Shown in pieces: positions 13,380 through 27,227 of a stretch of 64,000 nt of DNA (its first letter is position 1; the number at the start of each line of letters is the position of its first letter). Below the pieces are notes generated by a model. The model did no database searches, was not told the DNA's origin, and was given only the letters and a program-made list of their open reading frames with translations. The DNA is from the human T2T-CHM13v2.0 reference genome, Homo sapiens. The position numbers and the translations under genes are program-made. The stretch lies in assembly GCF_009914755.1 (NCBI RefSeq), contig NC_060925.1; one strand, 5' to 3'.

Positions 13380-15440
13380 GAAGCAAAAGGGTGATGTAAT
13401 ATCAATGGGCAGATTTTCCCATTTTCTTACATCATTTTGTGTTTTCTTTCCAGTAGATTAAAGAGGGGTGGAAAATTACAAAATCCAGTGCATGCCACTT
13501 AAATTAAAGTTGCGACCATTTTTATTCGTGCCAGGAGGAAGGACTTTATTCTCCTTGATTTGAGCAAATCCATTATCGGAGCTTTCAATTTCAGGCATTC
13601 CAAATTTAGGTCCACTTGAGGCTGGGATGACTGCTATGTCTGAGAGGGCTTCTTTCTCTGCAGCTTCTTAAAATGCAAGAACAGAAATCAGGAAACATTA
13701 GAGAGACCAACAAAATGATTCAGATATTTATGTAGGTAACTAAGATGCTGTTGCTTTTCTTGACTAGAATTTCATTATAGCTTCATTAGGCAAAGAGACT
13801 CTATTCCTAATAGTGCATCTGATCAACAGAAATGCAACTAGCAAATCAAAAAATGTATGAAAGACAAATAAATGGCTTCCCAGGCTGAGAAGAGCCAAAC
13901 AGGTTTAACTGTGGGTGATTTTGGAGGCCTGGATAGTGGCTTCCCTGAATCCCTAAGCCTAACTTTTCTCTAATTTACCAGAAGTGAGAAACAAATGCAT
14001 ACCCAGACGGCTCCTCTCAACAGCAGGCACCCAAGCCTAAACCCAGATGGTTCATCACTATGAATGACTGTTCTCGTGCTTGTTCAGTAAAAAGACAGAA
14101 CACGAGGCCCGTGATATGATCAGCTGCACATCAACTCAGACATGCTTCTACACAGGATACCAGGAAGGTGAGGGAGTTGTACTTCTGCTTCTTCCATCTA
14201 CGGTTGCCAACCTGCACTAAGGGATGTTTGCTAGAATGAAGCTGAGCTAAAGTAGAGTGTGTCTTGCTGGAGACAGGTCCTAGTCTGCCCTGAGGGTCTT
14301 TTAGCTAAGAGAGCATTGCTGCCCCCTCCTTTGCCTTATCTATCCTTTTGACCATTGTTCCTGCCTCTGAATTGCCATTTTGACCCCAGACACGGTCACA
14401 TTCTTCTGCCTCCTCAACTTGTCTAGGCACCATACCCTCTACCTTCTAAACCTCACATTTGCCTCCTGGACTACCACACTGCCATCTCCACCAATTCAGT
14501 TACTGCTTCCCAAAATAAGAATATTTGACCTTCTTCTCTTTTCCACGACCTCTGATTTTACTTGGCAACCAAGCCACGGTTTGTTAGAATTTGGTCACGA
14601 ACAAGTATTTACACAAAAATTCAACTTCAGGGAACTAAACATGTTTTAGATGGCAAGGAATCTAGAAGTTGCGAGTCAGTCCAGAGCTGATGAAACTGCT
14701 CAAGGAAGTCATCTGGAACCAGATTCTTTCTAGCTTGCTTCTCCTCCATCATCCTTAGCATGTGGTTTCTGTTTTAATGATCTCCAGGATGACTACTCTG
14801 CACCCAAGCAAATTTTAATTCCAGAACAGAAAAAAAAGAAGGAAAAGAAGAGAGAAAGGATGAAGGACAGGTAAATGAAGCAAATGCTACCTGGCTACCT
14901 GGCTGCACCTACTAATAATGCACTTACCCTGCTCCTTTTCAACCATTATTTAATATTTAATCAGGAGCAATACTAACCCCTATTCAGAAAGGAGAACAAT
15001 GAAAGTCACATAGGAGAGACAGTGCCAAAGTCAACACCAAACACCGCCAGGCAGGAAAACTCAGGACTCCTGTGTTCTGTCAGAGGTGCTGTCCTTGGTT
15101 ACCCATTCTGGCATCCTCCCGTCCTGCTTCTGGGGAGATTATTCCTTGTCTCTTTTCATCCATGGCGACATATGAAATGGGTATTATAGAAGATCACTTC
15201 CTTTGAAGCCACAGATATTTTTGGCCCACTTCCTATTGGTCTTAATTTGAGGAAAGGAATAACCTTAGAGGTTTAACAATGACAGGCTCTTATTAGCCTC
15301 CGGCAATACAATGTCCTCAAAAGTTTACAGAATTTCCAGTGTTGGAATAATTTCTCAATTAATTCCATATGTGAATAACCACAGACAAAGATTTCACTTA
15401 GATATGGTATTTAGCTAGAAGATTCCTTTCCTTTACCTTC

Positions 15441-15805
15441 TGATATGGTTTGGCTGTGTCCCCATCCAAATGTCATCTTATACTGTAGCTCCCATAATCC
15501 CCACACGTTGTGGGAGGGACCCGGTGGGAGGTAACTGAATCATGAGGGCAGGATTTCCCTTGTTGTTCTCGTGATAGTGAATAAGTCTCACGAGATCTCG
15601 TGGTTTTATAAGTGGGAGTTCCCCTGCACACGCTCTCTTTCCTGCCACCATTTAAGATGTGACTTTGCTTCTCCTTTGCCTTCTGCCATGATTGTGAGGC
15701 CTCCCCAGCCATGTAGAACTGTGTGAATCCATTAAATCTCCTTTATTTATAAATTACCCAGTCCTGGGTATGTCTTTATTAGCAGCGTGAGAACAAACTA
15801 ATACA
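15441..15805 (+). mobile_element. THE1 (THE1C-like) solo LTR
   Basis: TGATATGGTTTGGCTGTGTCCCC...CTAATACA; flanks CCTTC/CCTAC. Confidence 0.92.
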
Positions 15806-16609
15806 CCTACTGATCTCTGGGTTGTTCCCGGTCCTCTGTTCCATAGCTTAATGGCCAATGCCTTGAGGTCATTCAAAATAATGATGGAGAGATAGCAAGT
15901 GTAATGCCACTGTGCATTTGTCTAAAGAAATCCAAAGAGCCTGGATGGAAAAGTCTTAAGTTACCAATCTATGAAGGCTCCAGGCTTCCTGTCACTGTCC
16001 TTGCCTGCTCAGTTTAGTAGGAATAAATTTCTTTTTTAAAACTCAGCAGTACCCAAAATATAGGATTGTCAGTGAATTTAGAATGCAGGCCACAGGTAAA
16101 GCATTGATCTCTCATTTCCTCTTGCAGACTGGCTAACTTGGATCGAAGTACAGACCACTCCTTCAGAAAAAAAAAAAAAAATCTATAGCCATATGCCAGG
16201 GTTCTGAATTTTTTTCCACTATTTATCCTAATAGCAAAGCTGCCACGGCACATGGTCTGTATCCCAAAGAACAGCGGGTGACAATCTGACCAAATGTTCG
16301 GCCACCACATAAGAAGGGTCACCAGATTTGCAGCCTGAAATACCTGAGACCTCACTATCCAAAGCCCCACCTCTTCCACTCAGCCAATTCCACATTTTTG
16401 AATCTTATTTGCTGCATCCTCCTTCAGGTAGAAAGTACACTTCAGGTATAATGCATTCAGCTGCAGCTACTAAGTAAATCTGCCGGAATACAGTGCCCTA
16501 TAACGCAGCTCACAGAAAGGTGTTTGAATGCAGATTTGCCACTGATAATTCCATCATTTCTTACACTCCAATCATGATATTGTCCATGAAGAATAGCTTG
16601 GGTACATGA

Positions 16610-16800
16610 TCTAATTTATTCCTCACAATATTGATATGGGACACAACTATGATATACATGGGTATATGATAAGATATGGGTATATTATCATCCCCATTTT
16701 ACTGATGAGTAAATCGAGGCTCAGAGCCTAGGTACTTTGCTCAGGTTCTCACATTTGCTAAGTTGTGGAGCTGAGATTTGAACCTAGATCCGAGTGACAC
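16610..16800 (-). mobile_element. MIR SINE
   Basis: attatcatccccattttactgatgagtaaatcgaggctcagag...gagctgagatttgaacc. Confidence 0.75.
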
Positions 16801-17966
16801 AGAAGTTGGTTCTTTTTATTATTTAATCACTTTAATCATTTAATCTATTATTGAGGTAAAACTGCACCACAGAGGACCAAAAGGAGAACTACAGTGCAAG
16901 TCCAGGTGCCTGTAGCCATGGCACAGCTGTGGCATAGTTGTTCCAATGTGGCAACCAGATGTGTCCTTCTGGTTGTCTTGGTACGGAGCCACAGCTCCAG
17001 TACTGAGTCACAGCCACATGCAGATGCCACCACAGAACATGTGATATTTTAGATCTGAGTCGACAGTTTAACATGTAAACATTATCAGAAAATAATGAGT
17101 CAGGCTCTCCCGAGCCATATGCTTCATCTCAGAGCCAAGGCTGTGTCATCACTGTCAAATGCTCCTTCAGGCCACTAAATCACCACAGTAAGATCATAGC
17201 TTCAGGACCTAAGTAGCTCCTGGGGATGTGAAAGAGATGACTGACTGAGGTGGTTGATGGGATTCTTACAGGTAAGTCAAATGGGTTTTTTCACTTGCAT
17301 CACCTTGGGGACCCATTCAGCAGTGCCGTTGGTGGAGGCTGAGAGACCAGGTCCTCTAAAATTGTGACACCTGCTCTCTTTGAAAATGAGGCACTCTCTC
17401 AGTTTAAATATTTTGTTAATGTTTTTCCCCTACAATTCCCTTCAATTAAAAGATGATGTATGGCATTCATGGGATAAATGAAGTTGATGCATTGTGAGCA
17501 TTTCGTGACCTCTCACACCCTGAGGGGTCCAAGTGGGGCTGGAAGTCTGCAGGGAGGCATACCTTTATTCAGGGCTGAGTCATGTTGTTTGCAAGGGCCC
17601 TAGAGCCAAGTGTGTTGAAGACACAGACACCTGAGGGGCACTAGCTCCGCAGACGCCTGGACTTGCCGGTGGATCTTTCAGAGGAGGAGCTAGGCAGGGT
17701 TCTTTCCTTCCAAATGAAGTAAAAGCATGAAAAAGAAGAAAGGGAAGTGTCTGCTTCTGGACACTAGTGATAAAATTGGTTTGAGGGTGTTGCTACTTGG
17801 AAATACCAAGACATCCAGGCACCTGCTCTCACCTGCTGTGCCCTGTGTCTTCTGTTTTTTTTTGCAGACAGAGCAGCTTTATCTGAATCTGGCCTTTCAA
17901 GTGATTAGATCACGTATTTAGTTTTTGTCTCATCAATTGATGATAAACTTGAAGAAGGCAGAGGGG

Positions 17967-18010
17967 TGTGTGTGTGTGTGTGTGTGTGTGTGCATGTGTG
18001 TGTGTGTGTG
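17967..18010. repeat. (TG)n microsatellite, interrupted
   Basis: TG run with a CA interruption. Confidence 0.9.
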
Positions 18011-19121
18011 CATGCCCGTACATGGTGTGTTTATTTCCTGCAGTCTCTAGGACAGCAACAGTGACTTTGCCATTTCATTTGTTGAAGTGGCCTAAAATAT
18101 GATATATGGAAAAGTGGAAGAGACCCATAATCCTCTTTCACTTTTGAAGTGATTTATGCGTTACAACACTAGATTGCAGAGCGGGCTAGAATTAGAAATG
18201 GATAGATTTTTGGGTAAAATACATATCTTGAACAGAGTTTTTATGCTGTATATATACACAAAGAGATATCTATAGAAAAAGACAGAGAGAAAATAGATGC
18301 AAATAGATAAAATTATGTATAAGTAACATTTACCACAAGTATGTTTAACTATTTCACACACAAAAATGAACACAATCACAGAAAATAGGAGAGACCTTAA
18401 GAAAATACAGTATCATCTAAAAGCTGTCCCTTTTGTTGGAGGAAGTGGAAAAGTACAGCTCCTTTTTCTTCGCAGTGTGCCCTTGAGGAAGGACAATGAA
18501 TTTCTCCTTGTCTTCCTCTATATGATACAATGCACTGCCTTCAGTCTCTGTGATACAGATTTTATATTCATAGAATCTTCAATTTTAATGCTGTTATCTT
18601 TTCACCTTGCAGAGCTAATAGGAGTTAATACTATATCCCAGGTATAACTATACCTCTCTCTAATACCTGTATCCCTAGAGAGGAGTGTGTCCACTATGAA
18701 TATTTAAAGGGTTGAATCGTATTTTTTAATGCTTAAGAAGATCTTGTCTCAGAGTATTCATTTATGAATCTTTTGGAAAAATGAATGATTAGTTATTGAA
18801 TTATTACTTAAATATGGATTTGTATGTACTGGGTTTATTCGTAAATCATTCAAATATATAAGATAGTCCTGCAAGTTGAAACTCTAGTAGGATTTTACAA
18901 GATCAGGATGATCTTGTTAAAAAAAAGTCACGAAAAGTCACCAAGAGTGAAAGGTGACTCCAAGCAATAATGTATCTAGACATGGAAATATTTCAAAAGT
19001 CTTATTTCACCTATTCCTTAATACCAGTGCAATAAGGAGAGGTGGTTAATGCTCCTTTCATATTCAGTTAATTCTGCAGGACCGTGCTATAGGTTGAATA
19101 ATTAGAAAATCCCTTTAACTA

Positions 19122-19704
19122 CTGGGAAGTGAGGAGCCCCTCTGCCCGGCCACCACCCCGTCTGGGAGGTGTGCCCAACAGCTCATTGAGAACGGGCCAG
19201 GATGACAATGGCGGCTTTGTGGAATAGAAAGGCGGGAAAGGTGGGGAAAAGATTGAGAAATCGGATGGTTGCCGTGTCTGTGTAGAAAGAAGTAGACATG
19301 GGAGACTTTTCATTTTGTTCTGCACTAAGAAAAATTCTTCTGCCTTGGGATCCTGTTGATCTGTGACCTTACCCCCAACCCTGTGCTCTCTGAAACATGT
19401 GCTGTGTCCACTCAGGGTTAAATGGATTAAGGGCGGTGCAAGATGTGCTTTGTTAAACAGATGCTTGAAGGCAGCATGCTCGTTAAGAGTCATCACCAAT
19501 CCCTAATCTCAAGTAATCAGGGACACAAACACTGCGGAAGGCCGCAGGGTCCTCTGCCTAGGAAAACCAGAGACCTTTGTTCACTTGTTTATCTGCTGAC
19601 CTTCCCTCCACTATTGTCCCATGACCCTGCCAAATCCCCCTCTGTGAGAAACACCCAAGAATTATCAATAAAAAAATAAATTAAAAAAAAAAAAAAAAAA
19701 AAAA
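19122..19704 (+). mobile_element. 5'-truncated SVA retrotransposon (SVA_E/F-like)
   Basis: One VNTR unit (CTGGGAAGTGAGGAGCCCCTCTGCCCGGCC), full SINE-R, AATAAA, poly(A); perfect TSD AGAAAATCCCTTTAACTA at 19104-19121 and 19705-19722. Confidence 0.97.
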
Positions 19705-19814
19705 AGAAAATCCCTTTAACTAGAGTCCAGTGACAAAGTTCCCACTGGCGTGAGATTACTACTGGCTTTTGAGGTCTTTGAACTCAGAGGGTATGCCTGC
19801 CAATGTTCATATTT

Positions 19815-19957
19815 CTTTTCTTTTTCTTTTCTTTTTTTTTTTTTGATGGCTTTTTTCTCTGTTGCTCAGGCTGGCCTTGAACTCCTGAGCTGAAGCAATC
19901 CTCTTCCCTCAGCCTCACAAGTAGCTGGGACTATAACGTGTGTCACAATCCCTGGCT
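19815..19957 (-). mobile_element. Alu monomer (FLAM-like)
   Basis: T-rich tail and a single Alu arm; TSD-like ATGTTCATA(T/C)TTC on both sides. Confidence 0.8.
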
Positions 19958-20759
19958 CATGTTCATACTTCAATCTTCAGCGTGGTGATTTAAATGTAAT
20001 GGGTGCTCATTACATATATTTTAATTTATATTTAATAAATATAAACAAGATTCATCATTTAAATAAGAGGGAAACTAGCATCAAAGCAACACGTCTGGCT
20101 ATTCAAGAGAGAAACATCTCTTATTTCACTCTCTGAATTCTAAGTTGGAGGAAAGGGAACCGGTATGATCGAAAGAGGACAAGAGAGAAAATTCTCAGAT
20201 TTATTTGGAAAGCGATTCTATTCATCTTATGTCGGATTCTTTAAGTGAAACTAGTTAAGTGAAAAGAGAAGGAAAACAGTGACTACAAGAGAATCAATCA
20301 GCAGATATTGAAAGACTTTCATGTAACTAATGGCATCTGCTTAGAAAATATGAATTGGGCCCAAAGTGGTATTCTTTTTGGTCACTTATATTGGAATTTA
20401 AATGTGTAACTAAAAATGAAATCTTTAGAGAAAATTTCATTTCTTAAGCTGAAATCTTTCCACAAGTTGGAGAAAAGAGAGATGTGCATCCGGGAAATCA
20501 AACTGAAAAGACAGGCTGAGCTTATAAATTGAGATTCCCCAATCAGAGGCCATACTTTTCTTTCCTAATTACTGTTCTTTTCCTTGGATCCTACATCCAT
20601 CACTACATTAATTCCAGGCTTAACTTACAGCCAGCTCTTCTCCGTGGCCCATCTCAGCATAATGAACTTTTGCCATTATCTTGATCTTGTTAAATTCTCT
20701 CTAATCTTAACCTAATGAGATACAGTGAATGTGCAACCATAAATTAGATGTTCAGACAA

Positions 20760-21280
20760 TCTCAGTTTGTTCTCAGTGCAGCAATCCTTTTAAATTACAT
20801 CCATCACTCTTTTGCTCAAGCACACTTCATGGCTCCCTATTTTAGTAAAGTAAAAGAAAAAGCCCTTTCAATGGCCTTCACAGGCTGGTGTCTCTGTATT
20901 ACTCCCCGTCCCTCCCCCTAGCACACATGGCTCACTCTCCTCCAGTCACACCAATGTCCTTGGGAAGTCTTCCACCAAGTCTTTGTTCAAATGACATCTT
21001 CTCAATCACCACTCTGTTTAGAAATAGAATCACCTCCTAACCCACACCCTTCTCTGCCCTATTTCTTCTCTCCAGTCCATTTATCACCTTTCAATATACT
21101 ATACAATTTTCTTTTTTATTATTGTGTTTATTGCTTATTTTCTATTCCTCACACACTAGAATAGGAGCTTTGCAGGCATTTCTGCCATGCTTTTCATTGA
21201 GGTATTCTAAGGTCTTAGAACAGTGCCTGACGTATAGTTAGTAGTTACTCAATAGATATTTGTTGAGTGAATGAATGAGG
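20760..21280 (+). mobile_element. L2 LINE 3' fragment
   Basis: ttagaacagtgcctgacgtatag...actcaatagatatttgttgagtgaatgaatg L2 terminus. Confidence 0.8.
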
Positions 21281-21419
21281 AAAGGAAAGAATATGCCCAA
21301 TATTCATGATCATTTATTAAGTGGTAACAAAAATAATGTGAAACGTAAGTTTAATTATATTTGCTTCTGTATACTTTGGACCACATGTCTATATGTTAGA
21401 ATTAAGCATTCTAACGAGG

Positions 21420-21620
21420 CACTGAGATAGAGAGAGAAGAAATAGGCTTGGGAATCAACTACAGTGATGTTCAAATTGTAGTCCTGCCCCTTGCTAGCTA
21501 TGGAAGACTTAAGTCAATTTCTGTGAGCTTCAGTTATCTCCTTTGTGAAACGGCGGTGTTATAAGTATTCAATGAAAAACAAGCACAGCTTTTGGTGCAA
21601 CAGGCACATGATAACTGTGA
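21420..21620 (+). mobile_element. MIR SINE
   Basis: gttcaaattgtagtcctgcc...tgagcttcagttatctcctttgtgaaacgg. Confidence 0.6.
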
Positions 21621-22072
21621 GTTTCTCCTTTTGTCTCTCAGCCCCTGTCAGGCTTCAATTTGCAAAGCTCCATAGTGGATCCCTAAACCTCTCCACACAG
21701 GAAATTGTGCAGGAGACTGGGGGAAAGGTGACGAGACAGGTATCAAATATTTTCTAGTTCTTTGCCGGAGGCCCTGGCCAGTGGGCATACTTTAGAATGA
21801 GGATAAACGAAAAGAGCACCTCTTACCCATGATTATGGTGGATGGAGTCAAGACCAGGCATGGACAAGATGCCAGTGGAGAGTGCTGGAGGGTGAGAACC
21901 ATGGACACCTAAGTCAACATGTCATCAAAGCGAAAACAGCCTGAACCTGGAGTCAAAAGCCAAGTACTAAATCAAAGGATTAGCAAGATAAAGAGATCAA
22001 GCACAAGAAGGTTGGAAATGGCTAGAGGGAACATGGACTTGGTGAAGGCCATTGCCAGTGGCCAAGTGGCTA

Positions 22073-22558
<486 letters not shown>

Positions 22559-23079
22559 TCAGCTTGGGAAAATTGTGGGCGGGGGTGGCGGAGGGGAAGA
22601 GGCAGGACTGGGGAATATTACTTCTCCTCTTCCTCGAGTCAGAGGGAGTATTACTACATACTCTGAAGCCAGAATAAACATTGAAGTGAAAAAATGTGTT
22701 AGCGTAAGTTTAATCCAGCCCTTCACTGTTTACATGAACACAATGAACAATCAACAGCAAGTCAGTAAATGAGTGTTTATTGAGCAAATGCTCTCAAGAG
22801 GCACAGCCGTGCTGCCCACCTTTCATGCAAGCAGCAGCACCAACTTTGACCTCTCAACTTCCCCATTAGGAGTGATTTTGACTGAGAAATTCCCTGAAAT
22901 TTTTAAAAAACCAATGGGATATGTGGACTGCTACTAGATTTCTTTACCTTAGATATGAATATGACATCTTTCATATTTTAATAAGTAACTGACCTGTTAA
23001 GTTCTCTTAAAGGCATTTATGAAATTTGCTCTCAAAGGTGGTAAAACTAGACACTGACAAGCTGAAAAGGTAGGGCTCA

Positions 23080-23437
23080 CGATACGGTTTGGCTGTGTCC
23101 CCACCCAAATCTCATCCTGAATTGTAGTTCCAACAATTCCCATTGTTGTGGAAGGGAGCCAGTGAAAGGTAATTGAATCATAGGGGTAGGTCTTTCCCAT
23201 GTTGTTCTCAGGTTAGTGAATAAGTCTCACGAGATCTGATGGTTTTATAAAGGGGAGTTTCCCCGTGCAAGCTCTCTTCTTTTGGTTGCCACCATGTGAG
23301 ACGTGTCTTTCACTTTCTGCCATGATTGTGAGGCCTCCCCAGCCATGTGGAACTGTGAGTCCATTAAACCTCTTTCTTTTTTAAATTGCCCAGTCTCAGG
23401 TACGTCTTTATCAGCAGCGTGAAAACAGACTAATACA
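23080..23437 (+). mobile_element. THE1B-like solo LTR
   Basis: (C)GATACGGTTTGGCTGTGTCCCCACCC...GTGAAAACAGACTAATACA; flanks GCTCA/GTTCA. Confidence 0.92.
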
Positions 23438-23832
23438 GTTCACACGGCACCACTATGCTCTCCTGGAGCCACTGGGGCCTACAGTCTGGCTCTCATTTTG
23501 ATTCCATAGAATCATTTGGAGATGTCTGATTTCTACTAAAGAAGTTCATGATACAGACAAAACCAGACTTCCAGATTTGGAAAGAATCTTAAGAATGCTC
23601 CTGAAACACTGGTTCCCCAGGATGTTAATCATTTTCCCTTGGGGGAAAAATGTCCATGACCAGATAAGTTTAGGAAATGCTAGAATAAATAATATTAAGC
23701 ATACTTTTTTACTGCAGAATTTTCCAGTCATAACTACTATTCTATATGAATCACAAAGAAAATCACAAACTATAGGAAGCGTCTCCAAAAATTACTTGGC
23801 CATAAAATCCTTTTTACATTGAGCACCTTTAA

Positions 23833-24490
<658 letters not shown>

Positions 24491-24943
24491 ACTTTGCTAA
24501 GACTTTTGTTCTGAGAGGGACTGTTGGGGGAATACTGACTGAATTTCATGTTGTAATTGTACAAGGGAAAAAATTGATTTTCTTCACAGGGAATTGGTTT
24601 TCTCAAGGTCACACAACTAATGCTGGCTAAATTGAGAACAAACACTGATCTACAAAGCAGAATTTCAATTTTAATTTTTAATGGAAGTTGTCTTTTCAAT
24701 GACCAATGTGCTTGTATGTGTTGCCTGGTACCTTCTAAGTTAGAAGATTTTTCCATACAGATTAAATAATCAGATGGTTATTTGGCGAAATAAAGCAAAG
24801 AGATTAAGAGAGTCTTGGAGGACATTTCATGTAGGTTGTGAGGTAACCTGAATATTTTTCCTACTTTACTATGTAGTCCACTTTTCTAGTAACATAAATT
24901 CTCATATCTCTTAGGGATGGTGTCTTTTTTTTAGTCACTAGAT

Positions 24944-24987
24944 ACACACACACACACACACACACACATACGCACACACACACACAC
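24944..24987. repeat. (CA)n microsatellite
   Basis: CA run with a TACG interruption. Confidence 0.9.
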
Positions 24988-26184
24988 TCTTTAATTTTCT
25001 TTGTCCTTGATTAAACATATCACAATACTTGTATATTGTTATAGCCTGAGGCATAACATCATTAATAGGCTAACAGTTTATCTTACATTAGTCTTTGTTA
25101 ATGCTGATAAATTCAACATTCAGTTCTAATCTCCTGTTCTTTGACAGGTACTGTAAGAGGGGTGGAAATTTCAGGAACACCTGAGCTTTTTTTGATAAAT
25201 GTTTCAGAGATTCTCCCATGCCTTTTATAAGCTTTTGGAAGCTTTCATAATTTTATCTTTTATGTTTGGTTATACAGAGTTAGTATGTTTAATTTATGTT
25301 AATTTTTCTGACATTTTTCCTAAATTCCAGAAGTTACTACCATTTGGGGCCAGGTAATCAATAGGGACTGTCAAGAGAAATAATTTAGCCTTCCCTTGGT
25401 TCTAACCACCTTCCCCAAATACATTATCTCTATGAAGTCTATGCATGCAATATCCCAAGTGTCTTATTATAGGTGATTCTATTTTCACAGGCAGCAGGTA
25501 ATATAAAACATTCTAAAACTGTTTCTCATTCTTTCTATTCCATTCAAGATTTTCAAATAGGTGAAGCAAGAATTAGGACTGGCTACTTCAGTGAGTATAT
25601 TGCCCTTTGATGGGCAGAATTCACCCAGGTCATCTTAAGATAGAGTAAATCAGCTTTACAAAGTGAGACCTTGTTGTTAGAGGGTAGCAATGAATTACTG
25701 CCTCTACTGGACATCACTTCATGGGACTCATTACTTTTTCCAAAACCTAATTATCTTACCACATCACAAAGTATTTTACTTAGTCATTAGATGTTTTGAA
25801 TTACAGAGGTGAAATTTTCTATTATTTACAGACAAAATACGGGAAGGGTAGATAATCTAGAGAGAGAGAGAGAACAGAGTGTTTCTAAATTTATGCTATT
25901 GACAATAATAAAAGTTCAGAGAAAAAGAGCAAAAGTCACCAAATTTTAAACACAACATGAATATCTGCTTCAACCAATGAAGAAATGAAGAAATAAAAAC
26001 ATGTAAAGCATCAAGACAAAACCCTGCCTATCGCTGATGCTCAATCAAAATCCGTGAAATTGAATTGGCTTTGTTAATTCATGGTTGATTTATCTCATGA
26101 GACACTCGAGGGCTGCTATTGCGTCTCTTTAAAGAGAGGTAGTTACGCTTTAGACAGCAGCAGTGTGGAAAGTCAGGCTCATGT

Positions 26185-26492
26185 GGTTGTTTTGCTGTTG
26201 TTGTTGTTTGGTTTTGAGACAGGGTCTTACTCTGTCACCTGGGCTGGAGTGCAGTAGTGCGATCACAGCTCACTGCAGCCTCTAACACCTGAGCTCACTG
26301 ATCCTTCTGCCTCAGCCTCCAGAGTAGCTGGGATCATAGGTGCGTGCCATGATACCCGGCTAATTTTTTTTTTTTAATATAGAGATGGGGTTTCACTGTA
26401 TTGCCAGGCTGGTCGCAAACTCCTGGGCTCAAGCGATTCCTCTGCCTTAATTTACCAAAGTGCTGAGATTACAGGTGTGAGCCACCAAGCCC
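26185..26492 (-). mobile_element. AluJ-type SINE
   Basis: Reverse Alu with GATCACAGCTCACTGCAGCCTC and a (GTT)n-degraded tail. Confidence 0.9.
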
Positions 26493-26519
26493 AATGCTTT
26501 TGTTTTATCAATTTTGTTT

Positions 26520-27227
26520 TAGCATTAAATTCTAATAAACTTTTTCATTATGAAAATATTCAGGCATGCATAAATGTAGGAGAATTAGTAGGATGGGCCC
26601 TGTCATAAATCAGCCAGCTTCAGCAACTGCAAATACAATGTCAATTTTGTTCCATCTATTCTGCCTCACCCACTACCCTTACTGTTTTTTTAATGTATAT
26701 ATAACTTTATTGAGGCAGAATTTACGTACCATAAAATTCACCCACTGCACTGCAGAATTTAACGATTTTTAGTAAATTTATAGTTGTACAGCCATCACAA
26801 AAATCTGATTTTAGAACGTTCGTATCATCTACCTAAAAGTTCCCTGTGTTCATTTGGAGTCAATACCCCTTTTGACTACATACCCAGGTAACCACTGATC
26901 TGCCTTCCGTCTCTATATATTTGCCTTTGGGGGACATTTTATATGAACGCAATCATGCAATAGTTCCCATTTTCCACATGCCTTTTTAATTTAGCCTGTA
27001 TCTGAGGCTCATCATTTTCATGGCATGTATTAGTTGTTCTGTCATTGCCAAATAATCTCTCATTGTAAAATTATGCTCGATTTGTTTATCTAGTTAACCA
27101 CTACTGTACATTTGTTTCCAGTTTTTGGCTATTATGAATAATGCTGCTAGAAACATTAATGTCTTTTTGTGAAAAAGTACTTTCGTTTCCCTTCTAGACA
27201 CCTAGAAGTGAAATGACTGGGTCATAT
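26520..27227 (-). mobile_element. Old L1M fragments (L1MB/ME-like 3' ends)
   Basis: taactttattgagg...taccataaaattcaccc...cagtttttggctattatgaataatgctgcta...cctagaagtgaaatgactgggtcata. Confidence 0.75.

Noticed and set aside
17262-17277. Strong splice donor CAG|GTAAGT, a possible lncRNA exon end
   Set aside because: No acceptor or exon chain can be established from sequence alone; such 9-mers occur by chance in 64 kb.
19119-19679. ORFs of 126 aa and 78 aa
   Set aside because: These are typical spurious translations of the SVA SINE-R.
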